In this document: positions 9,919 through 19,094 of the stretch, piece after piece
How the letters are laid out: each line of letters begins with the position of its first letter
Position numbering within the stretch: the first letter of the stretch is position 1
DNA from: an uncultured Bacillota bacterium
GTDB taxonomy: Bacteria > Sysuimicrobiota > Sysuimicrobiia > Sysuimicrobiales > Segetimicrobiaceae
Assembly (NCBI GenBank): GCA_963804645.1
Contig: CAWDRG010000017.1
Span: 288,001-352,000, forward strand
DNA: 64,000 nucleotides
Reading direction: 5' to 3'
The notes under the pieces: model-generated
What the model was told of the DNA's origin: nothing
The model's database searches: none
The model's input: only the letters and a program-made list of their open reading frames with translations
Position numbers and translations under genes: made by a program

Positions 9919-10233
9919 ACGAAAGGTTTCGTGCGGCATACGCATGACGACCTCCTCCGCATCGTCGCGTAAGACCTCGCCACGAGCGCGCACTTGCTGG
10001 TACATGCCAATTCGTTGCGCGAGGTGCCGCCCACCGGACTCCCGACGACTAGACCATTTCAATCACGTTAAAATCTAGGCAAAAATATTTGAAATTTTGA
10101 GAGCGTCGCAAGTTGCGTGGGTCCCGAGAGTCGACTGGGCTCACAGATCGGTATCGTGCGGTTGCCAGGCCCTGAACGCCGGCCGGCCTTCAAGCACAAC
10201 ACGTCTCCCGCTCCCCACCGGCGGAGGGGCCGA

Positions 10234-10623
10234 TCATGCGTAGCTCTGCTCTGCGATGAGCCGGGTAGGGTAGCCGAGAATGGTGCGGACGGTCCTGGCG
10301 TCTTTGGCAACGTAGACGAAAGCGTCGCCGTCGATCTGGTACTGGCCGGTCCACCCGATGGTGAAACTGGTGGCCGTATCTTCCACCTGCACTGGCAGAG
10401 GATCGCCCTCGCGGGCCACCGGCGTGGCGAGTTGATCGGCAGGATCCAAGACCCAGGCGTCGCCCGTCTCGGAGGAGAAGAGGACGAGTGGCCCGACGGT
10501 GATGATCCGACTGTCGTAGTCGGCGGCGCGGCGTTGAATGTACTGCACTTCGTCGGCGAGCCGCCACCTCGCTCCGTCCACCAACCTGGTCTCGTGGCCC
10601 TGCTTGCGCGATCGCCGAGCCAT
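10234..10623 (-). CDS. Hypothetical protein (129 aa), divergent partner of the putative mobile-element protein
   Basis: Globular beta-rich composition (GPLVLFSSETGDAWVLDPAD...FTIGWTGQYQIDGDAFVY), GAGG-type RBS upstream, lies inside the TCTA-bounded unit. Confidence 0.65.
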   Translation of the reverse strand: MARRSRKQGHETRLVDGARWRLADEVQYIQRRAADYDSRIITVGPLVLFSSETGDAWVLDPADQLATPVAREGDPLPVQVEDTATSFTIGWTGQYQIDGDAFVYVAKDARTVRTILGYPTRLIAEQSYA

Positions 10624-10675
10624 GCGCGTGTGTCCACCTCGGGTCCTATCTGCGGCGCGGGAGGGACCGATCCCG

Positions 10676-12295
10676 ATGGAACGATTCTACCAATTGTTTG
10701 GCAAGTTCCTCGTGTTTGTCTACCATTGTTTCGATCGCATCGTGATCAACGGCTACTTGACCGGCCTGATGCGCCCGGAGAATGCGGTGTATTTTTTCCG
10801 AGACGTCCTGGGACGCCGCGCCATCACCAAAGAGGTGTTGCGGCAGCGGACCACCGATTACGCCCACTGGGTCGAGGCCTACGCGCGGAATCACCATGTG
10901 CCTATCGAGTGGGCTGCGAAGGGGGTCCGGAAAGAAGACTATGTGCGGCCGAGGCTGCGCCGGATGGAGCGTGCGCACCGGTATGGGGTCTACTTCATCT
11001 TCAAGAGCATGGAACAAGGCCTGACGTTTCGTTCCATCATGCCCAAGTTTCCCACTGCGGATCCCGATTACCGCATCCTCCGCCCGCACCGGAGCCGCTT
11101 CACGCACTACTACTTCTACCTCCGGGACCACACCCTTGGGCCGATGGTGGTGCGGGTCGCCTCGTTCGTGCCGTTTCATACGACCTACTACCTCAACGGG
11201 CACTCGTTCATCGAACAAGAGCTGACCCGAGTCGGGCTCGCCTTCCGCAAGGACGATAATGCGTTTCTGGCCGTCGCAGATCCGACCGCCCTCCAGGCGG
11301 CCGCCGATCGCCTGAGCCCAACCGTCATTCAGCATCGGCTTGACTACTGGACCCTCGTGCTTGGCCCGAAGTTTTCTCGACGCGAACGCCAAGCCATGAT
11401 GCTGCGCCGGTTCTACTTTCTCCAACAGGTCGAATACTGCCGAAACTTCATCTTCAAGCGGTGCTTCCCGATCCACACGCTTTTTGAGCGGTCCTGCGAG
11501 CTCGGCCTCAGCCAGTTGACCGCGCACCAGCTCTCCGAGGTCTTCGGCCTACGCCTGACCAAGCGGCTCAAGGGGAAGTTGCACACCACGCTCGAGCAAC
11601 TCGCACAAGGCCATCATATCCTCCGGATCTATTGCAAGAGCGCCTTCCTCCGGCAGTACGAGAAGTTCGCCATGTTCCTGCGCAACGAGCTCTGCTCCAA
11701 TAACCTCGCCGACTTCCAGCTGAAGAAAGGCCTCGCGCATCTGGGCGCCGTGCGGGAGACGTTTCTCGCCATCACCGACCGCTTCGCCGACGCGCAGGCG
11801 CAGTGGCTCAACGTCCACGTGGAGTTTCCACTCCTCCAACGCGTGGCGCTCCCGATTCAGGTCGGTACCGCCAAGGTGCCGGGCATCAAGATTCACGACG
11901 CCCGCATGATCCGCCTCATGGAAGTGTTGCTGGACGGGCGCACCATCATCGGTGGTCAGCGGGCGACAGAACTGCACCAGGCTGTCGTGACTCGATTCCA
12001 TCTCTCCGCCGAGCGGTACGGGCTCAACCAACTCCGGTACGACCTCCGCAAGCTCCGGGCGCATGGGCTCCTCCAACGGGACGGCCGCCGCTACGCATAT
12101 CGCCTGACCGACAAGGGGCTCCGCGTCGCTCTTCTCTTCCTGCTCTTCCATCAGCGACTCTGCGGACCTCTCGCTCACAGCCTCTTTCATCACCGGCCCG
12201 ATCCCAAGACCCAGCTCAACAGTCCTCTCGAAGCGGCCTACCACAAAGCCGATGCGGCGATTCAGGACATCATTCAGCTGTTGCAGGCTGCTTGA
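10676..12295 (+). CDS. Unclassified putative transposase / replication-initiator-like protein (539 aa) with C-terminal winged helix
   Basis: GGGAGGG RBS. Basic and aromatic protein with FDRIVINGY, HYYFYLRD, YLNGH, QVEY, QYEK...LRNE, and YDLRKLRAHGLL...YRLTDKG (wHTH). Sits inside an insert that splits another IS. Confidence 0.7.
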   Translation: MERFYQLFGKFLVFVYHCFDRIVINGYLTGLMRPENAVYFFRDVLGRRAITKEVLRQRTTDYAHWVEAYARNHHVPIEWAAKGVRKEDYVRPRLRRMERAHRYGVYFIFKSMEQGLTFRSIMPKFPTADPDYRILRPHRSRFTHYYFYLRDHTLGPMVVRVASFVPFHTTYYLNGHSFIEQELTRVGLAFRKDDNAFLAVADPTALQAAADRLSPTVIQHRLDYWTLVLGPKFSRRERQAMMLRRFYFLQQVEYCRNFIFKRCFPIHTLFERSCELGLSQLTAHQLSEVFGLRLTKRLKGKLHTTLEQLAQGHHILRIYCKSAFLRQYEKFAMFLRNELCSNNLADFQLKKGLAHLGAVRETFLAITDRFADAQAQWLNVHVEFPLLQRVALPIQVGTAKVPGIKIHDARMIRLMEVLLDGRTIIGGQRATELHQAVVTRFHLSAERYGLNQLRYDLRKLRAHGLLQRDGRRYAYRLTDKGLRVALLFLLFHQRLCGPLAHSLFHHRPDPKTQLNSPLEAAYHKADAAIQDIIQLLQAA

Positions 12296-12365
12296 GCGGG
12301 ACTCGGTGCGCCCTTCTTGAAATCTTGAAGTGCTTCTGTCGAGGAAAGAGCGGCTAAGAATCTAA

Positions 12366-13195
12366 ACCACCACAAGGAAAGAGGATCGACCGCATGAAGC
12401 GGGCCTCATTGCGGAACCCGCGTGCCTGATACTTGAACCACTGGATCTTGCTGTTCACGGATTCGCGAGCGACGTTCGTTATCGGGATTCGCAGATAGGT
12501 GAGGATGTTCTCGATGTGCCGCGCGATCACGCGGGCGACTTCCTTCATGTGCCGGAGCCTCGATCGAATCGCCCAGGCGTACCAGTCGGTGAAGAACGTG
12601 CGGGCCGCTCCGATGTACGTGTAATCCCACAGTTGCGTGAAGGTCTCTTTCATGGCCCACGCTCGGCCTAGCCGCTCATGCGCTTTACGAAGCTTGGCGA
12701 ACTCGATGCGCTCGGACTGCGTCATGCTCTCGGGCCGCCGTAGCCACCGATAGCGCGTTCGCTTGAGGGTCGAATCGCTGCGCCCAGCCGCACGGCGTTC
12801 TAGGTCAACAGCGTGCGTGAGGTACTTCATGACATGGAACTTGTCGAAGACGATCTTCTCTTCGGCTTCAGGCAAGTTGTCGAGTGTGGATTCGATGTAG
12901 GCCGGCCACATGTCCATCGCCACGCCGGCAATCCCGGCGAGATGCTGCTCAGAAAAACTCTCCCAGAAGGCATCGAGGGTCTCACGCGTGCGGCCGGAGC
13001 CAACCCAGAGGAACCTCGCTGGCGTCGAGGTCCGTGACGATCGTGACGTACTTGTGCCGCTTCTTGAAGGACTTCTCATCGATGCCGATGTGCTTGACGA
13101 TCCGGTCTTTCCGAAGCGCAAGGCCGCGATCGATCGCCCGCGGCATAATGCCGTCGATTTGATCCTAGCTCAGCCGCAGGGTTCGCGCGACCGCG
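12366..13195 (-). pseudogene. ISL3-family transposase pseudogene (5'-truncated, internal stop, frameshift, 3' end displaced)
   Basis: LS*DQIDGIM...IGIDEKSFKKRHKYVTIVTDLD in one frame, then VAMDMWPAY, IVFDKFHV, ITN...ESVNSKIQ...ARGFRN...FPCGGL in another. Confidence 0.9.
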
Positions 13196-13231
13196 TGAAA
13201 CACCTCGTCGCCCGCACGACCTCGATCCGGA

Positions 13232-14254
13232 TCATGTTCCCGGCTCCTCGAACTCCGGCATCACCTTGGTCGCGAACAACTCCATATTGGCCAAGAGCTC
13301 GCCCATGGTGTTCACCACAAACACGATCCCAAGATGCGAAGCGCCGGTTGCCTGAAACTCCCTGATTTGATCCACGATGGCGGCCGGCGTGCCGAGGAGG
13401 TTGCCGACGCGAAATTCCGCGAGCACCTCCTCATTGGTGCGGCCGCGACCGTCCGCGGCCATTCGGCGGAAATGCTGAGACCCCATGACCCGCTGCTCCG
13501 CGTCCTCCTCACTGTTCCCGAAGGCCAGCCATGTCTGGACATGCAGGCTGAGCAGGTTCGGGTTCCGGCCGTTCGCCTCCGCCGCTGTTCTCACCGTATC
13601 CCATTCGCGCCGTGTTTGCTCCGGAGTGCGCGACGCGGCGATCAATCCGTCGCCGAGACGCCCGACCCGTTCCAGTGCGGCAGAGGCGTGCGCGGTCATA
13701 TAGATGGGAAAGGGATTCTGGCTCGGTTTGGGGGCCAACTCGATCCCGGCAAATTGCACGTACTTGCCGTGAAAGCTCGCCTGGCGGTCGGCGAACAGGT
13801 GCCGGAGCCCTTGAATGCTTTCGTCGACCATCGTGCCGCGATGAGCGCCTTTGAGCCCCGGGTGGACGGCGTCAAATTCCTCCCGATACGCGCCGATGCC
13901 GACGCCGAGCACCACGCGCCCCCCGCTTAGCCGATCCAGTGTCGCCACCTGCTTGGCCAGCAGGACGACTTCGCGCTGGGGCAGCGTGATCACGCCCAGC
14001 ACAAACCGCAGTCTCTCGGTGATGTTGACGAAACTGGCATACGTGACGAGCGGCTCATAGAAGTTCGGGACATCTGCCTGGGTCGCGCTGACCCTGTAGG
14101 GAGTGGTCAAGTGATCGTTAGACCAAATCGAGTAGTAGCCGAGTTCCTCGGCACGGCGTGCCACCGTCGCGAGTTCTCCCGGGCGGACGAATCCAACCGG
14201 ATACGCGGTCCCTTCGCGGCAGCCGGGGAAGCCGACGCCGAAACGCATCTTCAT
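13232..14254 (-). CDS. LLM-class oxidoreductase, probably F420-dependent
   Basis: AEELGYYSIWSNDH, LAKQVATLDRLSGGRVVLGVGIG, PKPSQNPFPIY. Confidence 0.85.
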   Translation of the reverse strand: MKMRFGVGFPGCREGTAYPVGFVRPGELATVARRAEELGYYSIWSNDHLTTPYRVSATQADVPNFYEPLVTYASFVNITERLRFVLGVITLPQREVVLLAKQVATLDRLSGGRVVLGVGIGAYREEFDAVHPGLKGAHRGTMVDESIQGLRHLFADRQASFHGKYVQFAGIELAPKPSQNPFPIYMTAHASAALERVGRLGDGLIAASRTPEQTRREWDTVRTAAEANGRNPNLLSLHVQTWLAFGNSEEDAEQRVMGSQHFRRMAADGRGRTNEEVLAEFRVGNLLGTPAAIVDQIREFQATGASHLGIVFVVNTMGELLANMELFATKVMPEFEEPGT

Positions 14255-14693
14255 CCGTCACTCTCCAATCTGTGACTTCGCCGCCCCCGCATGGCACTCC
14301 CACCCCGCCTTGCTCACGCCTCGGATATCACGACCCAGACGCGGATGGAGCCGACTCCCCCGCGTGATGTACGATACGGTGCCCAACCGCGACGGACACT
14401 AGATGGTTCTTTTTCGAACCCCGGGCCCCTCCCTTTGCCTCACAATCCGCCCATCGAGTTGACACCTGCGTTTATGGTCTTGCTCGCTTCATCGGGACGA
14501 CTCTGGAGATGGACAGTCGGCGTTCCACTTCGACCCTGATGCGCCTGCAACGGGTCAGCATGACGTGCGCCGCGGATAGCCGTGCGTTCCACGTCGCGCC
14601 CAGGGGAAGCGCCGGGCCGGGCGGAGAACTCCGTGAGCGGCGAGCCGATCACGGCGCACATCGCGGACGCGCCCGGTCGTGGGGAGGGACTCA

Positions 14694-14840
14694 TTGGACC
14701 CGGGTCATACTATCTCTCGGCCGTCGAGCAGAGCGCGCGACGCAAGTACCGGACGCTGTCGCCCGTTGAGATCGTCGCGGCACTGCTCGATCGGATCGCG
14801 CGCTACAACGACACGCTCCACAGCGACATTGAGGTGACAC
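14694..14840 (+). pseudogene. Amidase/GatA-like N-terminal fragment
   Basis: YYLSAVEQ...TLSPVEIVAALLDRIARYNDTLHS resembles an amidase N-terminus, then decays. Confidence 0.5.
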
Positions 14841-14985
14841 AGGTGTCCGACCGATCGCGTCGCGAAGGGCCCATCCGCCGATCTCCACCGGGGAGACGGA
14901 TGGGCGGGATCAACAGATCCGGGGCGCACCACGCATGTGCGTCGGGGGGGCGTAGGGCCAGATCGCGGGCCCTCGCCTCGGCGTG

Positions 14986-15933
14986 ATGGCGCGATTTCTG
15001 TGCTACCGGATCGTAGCGACGCTGCCGCTGCTGCTCTTCCTAAGTATCGGCATCTTTTCGATGCTGCATCTCGCGCCGGGCGATCCGGTCACCACGATGC
15101 TGAGCGAGGACCTCGCGAGCCCGCAGGTTGAACAAACGCTTCGCCATCAACTCGGGCTCGATCGGCCCCTGTACGTCCAGTACTGGCTGTGGCTCGATCA
15201 CGCGCTCCACGGCGATCTGGGCTATTCGTTCCGGTCGAAGGCCCCCGTCGCGTCGGAGGTGCTGTCGCGGCTACCCGTGACGATTGAGCTCACGCTGACC
15301 GCGATGATCGTCTCGGTCGTGACCGCGGTACCGCTGGGAACACTCGCCGCGCTGCGGCGGAACACCGGCCTGGACGCGGTGATCTCAGGCATCGGCACGC
15401 TCGGGCTCGCGATGCCGGCGTTCTGGCTCGGGGTGCTGCTTATCCTACTGTTCGCGGTTCGCCTGCACTGGCTCCCGCCGTCCGGTTATGTGCCCCCATG
15501 GCAAGGCATTGGTGCCAACCTTCGGCTCTTGATCCTTCCGGGGGTCACGCTCGCAGCCTCGTATACCGCGGTAATACTGCGCGTCTCCCGCATGAGCGTG
15601 CTCGACGTTATCAAAGCAGACTACGTCCGTACCGCGAGGGCGAAGGGGATCGGTGAACCGCGCCTCGTCCTTCGCCATGTCGTACGGAGCGCCATGATTC
15701 CGCTCATTACCGTCGTCGCGCTCGAGACGGGGCGCCTGCTCGGGGGCGCCGTCGTCACCGAAACGATCTTCGCGTTGCCCGGGGTCGGTCGGCTGGCGGT
15801 CGACTCCGTGCTCAACCGAGATTTCCCGGTCCTGCAGGCCGTCACCCTGTTTATGGCGCTCGCACTGATCACGGCGAACTTCCTGGCCGACGTACTATAC
15901 GCGTGGGCCGATCCGAGAATACGCTATGGGTAA
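14986..15933 (+). CDS. Peptide/nickel ABC permease (DppB-like)
   Basis: LAPGDP, LGLDRPLYVQY, GDLGYS, DYVRTARAKG, ETIFALPGVG, RDFPVLQ. Confidence 0.95.
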   Translation: MARFLCYRIVATLPLLLFLSIGIFSMLHLAPGDPVTTMLSEDLASPQVEQTLRHQLGLDRPLYVQYWLWLDHALHGDLGYSFRSKAPVASEVLSRLPVTIELTLTAMIVSVVTAVPLGTLAALRRNTGLDAVISGIGTLGLAMPAFWLGVLLILLFAVRLHWLPPSGYVPPWQGIGANLRLLILPGVTLAASYTAVILRVSRMSVLDVIKADYVRTARAKGIGEPRLVLRHVVRSAMIPLITVVALETGRLLGGAVVTETIFALPGVGRLAVDSVLNRDFPVLQAVTLFMALALITANFLADVLYAWADPRIRYG

Positions 15934-16834
15934 AGACGCCCACGCGACGGAGTTCATGCATCCGCGCGTCCACCACCGCCGCGCCAGGCGGCCGGGCACA
16001 ATAACGGTGCTGCGGCGCTTCGCCTCCCGGCAACGTCTCGCATGCGCTGGCGCGGCCATCTTGCTCGCCGTCGCCCTGGCGGTCGTAGCAGGCCCGCCGC
16101 TGGACCGCCAGCCACCTAACGCCGTGCACATCTCGTCAATGATGACGCCGCCATCGGCCGCGTGGTGGCTCGGCACCGACGATCTCGGCCGCGACATCCT
16201 CAGCCGGCTGCTGACCGGCGGCCGTATCTCCCTCGGCGTCGGGGTCGCTGCGACCCTTGCCGCGGCGGCGGTGGGCGTGCCGGTGGGCATGGCCAGCGGC
16301 TTCCTCGGACGGTGGGTGGATGGGACCTTAATGCGCCTGATGGACCTCCTCTTCTCCATTCCCACGATCATGCTCGCCATCGCCATCGTGGGGGTGCTGG
16401 GGCCGAACCTGTTCAACGCGACCCTCGCGATCGCGATTGTCGCCATGCCGCCGTTCGCGCGACTTGTCCGCGGGCAGGTACTCTCCCTGCGAGAGACGGA
16501 GTTCGTCCAGGCGGCGCGGGCAATCGGCGCGACGACCACCCGCATTCTGCGGCACCACTTGCTGCCGAATCTCCTCGCACTCGTGGTCATCCAGAGTACG
16601 CTGACGGTCAGCTTCGCCATTCTCACGGAGGCGGCGCTGAGTTTTCTTGGGCTCGGCGTCCAGCCGCCGACGCCCTCGTGGGGAGCGATGCTGCGGTACG
16701 GCTATCCGTTTCTGGACCGGGCGCCGTGGGCGGCCGTCGCGCCCGGGGTCACGATCATGATCACCGTGCTCGGCCTCAATCTCTTGGGTGATGGCATTCG
16801 AGACGTGCTGGACCCTCGAGTGCGCACCGGATGA
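15926..16834 (+). CDS. Peptide/nickel ABC permease (DppC-like)
   Basis: LGTDDLGRDILSRL, EFVQAARAIGA, EAALSFLGLG, PSWG, DVLDPR. Confidence 0.95.
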   Translation: MGKDAHATEFMHPRVHHRRARRPGTITVLRRFASRQRLACAGAAILLAVALAVVAGPPLDRQPPNAVHISSMMTPPSAAWWLGTDDLGRDILSRLLTGGRISLGVGVAATLAAAAVGVPVGMASGFLGRWVDGTLMRLMDLLFSIPTIMLAIAIVGVLGPNLFNATLAIAIVAMPPFARLVRGQVLSLRETEFVQAARAIGATTTRILRHHLLPNLLALVVIQSTLTVSFAILTEAALSFLGLGVQPPTPSWGAMLRYGYPFLDRAPWAAVAPGVTIMITVLGLNLLGDGIRDVLDPRVRTG

Positions 16835-16912
16835 CATCGCGCGTGGCGCTCGGACACGTCCACGCGCGATCCGCACCCGTACTCCCGGACTCGGCGCAGC
16901 CCCCGGGGCGGG

Positions 16913-18496
16913 CTAGCCTCGGAGCCACGCGCCTTTGAGTCGCAGCATCCCATCGGGGCTGGCGGGGATTCCCTGCACCGCCGTCCGCATCCCCACCATC
17001 AGGTTCAGAAAGGCCAAGAAGATCCACGGAGCATCGTCGATAATCATGTGCTGAATCTGTCGGTACAGCTGGACCCGTTCCGGCCCGTCGGGAATCGTGC
17101 GCGTCTTCTCAAGGAGCGCGTCGACGGTCGGATTATTGTAGGACACGGAGTTGACATTGCCCCGGGTGCTGAAGTGATTGTACATGGTGCCGTCGATATC
17201 CGGACGCGGCGTCCAGGACCCGATTTCCGCTTGGAATCGCTTCGCGGTCACCCGATCGATTAGCGTGGCAATCTCGTACGCCTGAATCTTCGCCGTGATG
17301 CCGACGTCGGCAAGCTGCGCCTGAATCAACTCCGCGAGCCGCGTCTGCTCGGGCGACGCGTAGATCTCCAAGGTGAACGTGAACCCATTCGGCTGACCGC
17401 CCTCGGCGAGTTTCGCCTTCGCCTTCTGCGGGTCGTACTGATACCCGTATCGACTCACCGCCGGATCGTAGTACTCTCGGTAGACCGGAGAAATCGGGCC
17501 GTAGGCCGGGCGGGCCTCGTCAAAGTAGATCCCCGTCACCACCTGATCGCGGTTGACCGCGTACGACACCGCCTGCCTCAGCGCCTTGTTGTTAAACGGC
17601 GGGATCGCGTTGTTGAGGCGAACCATCGGCCAGTTCGCCCCGGCGAGGATAAACGTACGAAACCGCGAATCTTGGCGGATCGCGCGCTGTTCGCCCGCGG
17701 GAATGACATCCACCACGTCGAGCGCTCCCGCCCGGAGATCCGCCATCTTCACCGTCTCATCATCCATCGGCAGGTACATGATCTCGTCGACATAGGGCAG
17801 CCCCTGCTCCCAGTACTGCGGGAACCGCTTAAGACGGATGTGGTCGCTCCGCACCCATTCGTCGAACGCGAACGCACCGGTCCCCACCGGGAACAGGCCG
17901 TACTGGCTGCCGCGTTGTTGTACGGCGGTGGGCGACACCATAAAGCCCGGCCCCTCGCTGAACCAACTCAATAAGGGCGTGAACGGCGTGCTGAGCGAGA
18001 GCTGGACCGTCGTCGGGTTCACGACCCGCACCGCTTTCACCGGCGCTAAAATCGTCCGGAACGCCGATCCCGTCGCGGGATTGAGCGTGCGGTCGATATT
18101 AAACTTGACCGCCGCCGCGTCGCATGGAGTGCCATCCTGAAACCGCAGGCCGGTCTGCAGGTAGAACGTCAGCAGCAGTCCATCGGGAGAGGTCGTCCAT
18201 GACTTCACGAGCCCGGGCGCGAGCGTGAAGGACGGGGTAAGCGACACGAGCGGAGTATAGATCGAATAAAAGATCTGCCGCTCCGACAAATTAATGTAAT
18301 GCGGCGGATCGAGGGTCGTCCAGTTTCCCGTAATCCCGACGCGCAGCGCCCCGCCGCGCACGGGGGTATCGGCAGTGGCGGCCGACGCGCGGGGGCCCCG
18401 CGTGACGAGCGCGGACAGCGGGTCGCGCACCACAGCGAGCCCCGCCCCGGCGAGGGTCGCGGCCTTCAGGATCCCACGGCGCGTAAGGCGTGACAT
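16913..18496 (-). CDS. Peptide ABC substrate-binding protein (family 5), Tat-exported
   Basis: MSRLTRRGILK twin-arginine signal, FQDGTPCDAAAVKFN, PVGTGAF, LRQAVSYAVNR. Confidence 0.9.
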   Translation of the reverse strand: MSRLTRRGILKAATLAGAGLAVVRDPLSALVTRGPRASAATADTPVRGGALRVGITGNWTTLDPPHYINLSERQIFYSIYTPLVSLTPSFTLAPGLVKSWTTSPDGLLLTFYLQTGLRFQDGTPCDAAAVKFNIDRTLNPATGSAFRTILAPVKAVRVVNPTTVQLSLSTPFTPLLSWFSEGPGFMVSPTAVQQRGSQYGLFPVGTGAFAFDEWVRSDHIRLKRFPQYWEQGLPYVDEIMYLPMDDETVKMADLRAGALDVVDVIPAGEQRAIRQDSRFRTFILAGANWPMVRLNNAIPPFNNKALRQAVSYAVNRDQVVTGIYFDEARPAYGPISPVYREYYDPAVSRYGYQYDPQKAKAKLAEGGQPNGFTFTLEIYASPEQTRLAELIQAQLADVGITAKIQAYEIATLIDRVTAKRFQAEIGSWTPRPDIDGTMYNHFSTRGNVNSVSYNNPTVDALLEKTRTIPDGPERVQLYRQIQHMIIDDAPWIFLAFLNLMVGMRTAVQGIPASPDGMLRLKGAWLRG

Positions 18497-18656
18497 CTGC
18501 GTCTCCTCCGCTGCGTATTGGGTACGACGGGATGATTCCCGCCACGGCATAGGGGGGTTCCACCGTTTGCACTCGAACCCCTTCCCCAGACAGGCGCTCG
18601 GCACGGGAGACGTTGGCGCCGTTCGAGCGTCTCACTCGGCGCCAAGGGGGGCACCC

Positions 18657-19067
18657 ATGGAGATTGACATCGTACTCGCCGGTGTAACCGGACGGATCAC
18701 GCTGCTTGAGACCAAGGCCCCACGCGCGACCGCGGCGCTGTGGGCTGCGCTGCCGATCAACGACCGCGCCGTACAGGTGAAGTGGTCCGGCGACGCGTGG
18801 CGGACGGAGGGCAACTACGATCTCGGCGTCACGGACATCGAGAATGAAGGCCACGTGCTCGAGGCCGGCGACGTGATTCACTTCCCGCGATCGAAGAAAA
18901 TCGGAGTCGCCTACGGACGCGCAGAGTGGCGCCACCCGGATCTGACGCTGGTGATGCACATTTCAGTCATCGGCAAAGTCACGGCCAACCTTGACGCGCT
19001 GGTCAAGGCCGGTGAGCGGGTCTGGATGGAAGGCGCCCAGCCGCTGCGGCTGACCCGGGCCCGATAA
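18657..19067 (+). CDS. Cyclophilin-like fold protein (DUF3830-like)
   Basis: APRATAALWAALP...WSGD...EN....AGDVI...GVAYG; GGGGG RBS-like run upstream. Confidence 0.7.
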   Translation: MEIDIVLAGVTGRITLLETKAPRATAALWAALPINDRAVQVKWSGDAWRTEGNYDLGVTDIENEGHVLEAGDVIHFPRSKKIGVAYGRAEWRHPDLTLVMHISVIGKVTANLDALVKAGERVWMEGAQPLRLTRAR

Positions 19068-19094
19068 CACGCCGCGCGGTGGGCCTGTCGCCGT

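Larger units (their letters stand above)
9223..12365. mobile_element. 3,143-bp insert interrupting ISL3; two TCTA-delimited units (9222-10077 and 10078-12364)
   Basis: TCTAA at 9218-9222 and 12361-12365, internal AAAATCTAG at 10070-10078; excision restores the ISL3 C-terminus. Confidence 0.7.

Noticed and set aside
9919..10062. N-terminal extensions in the ORF track (DHFR here; likewise thiolase, murA, lactonase, MBL hydrolase and binding proteins)
   Set aside because: Family homology and RBS positions support later starts, so coordinates were trimmed.
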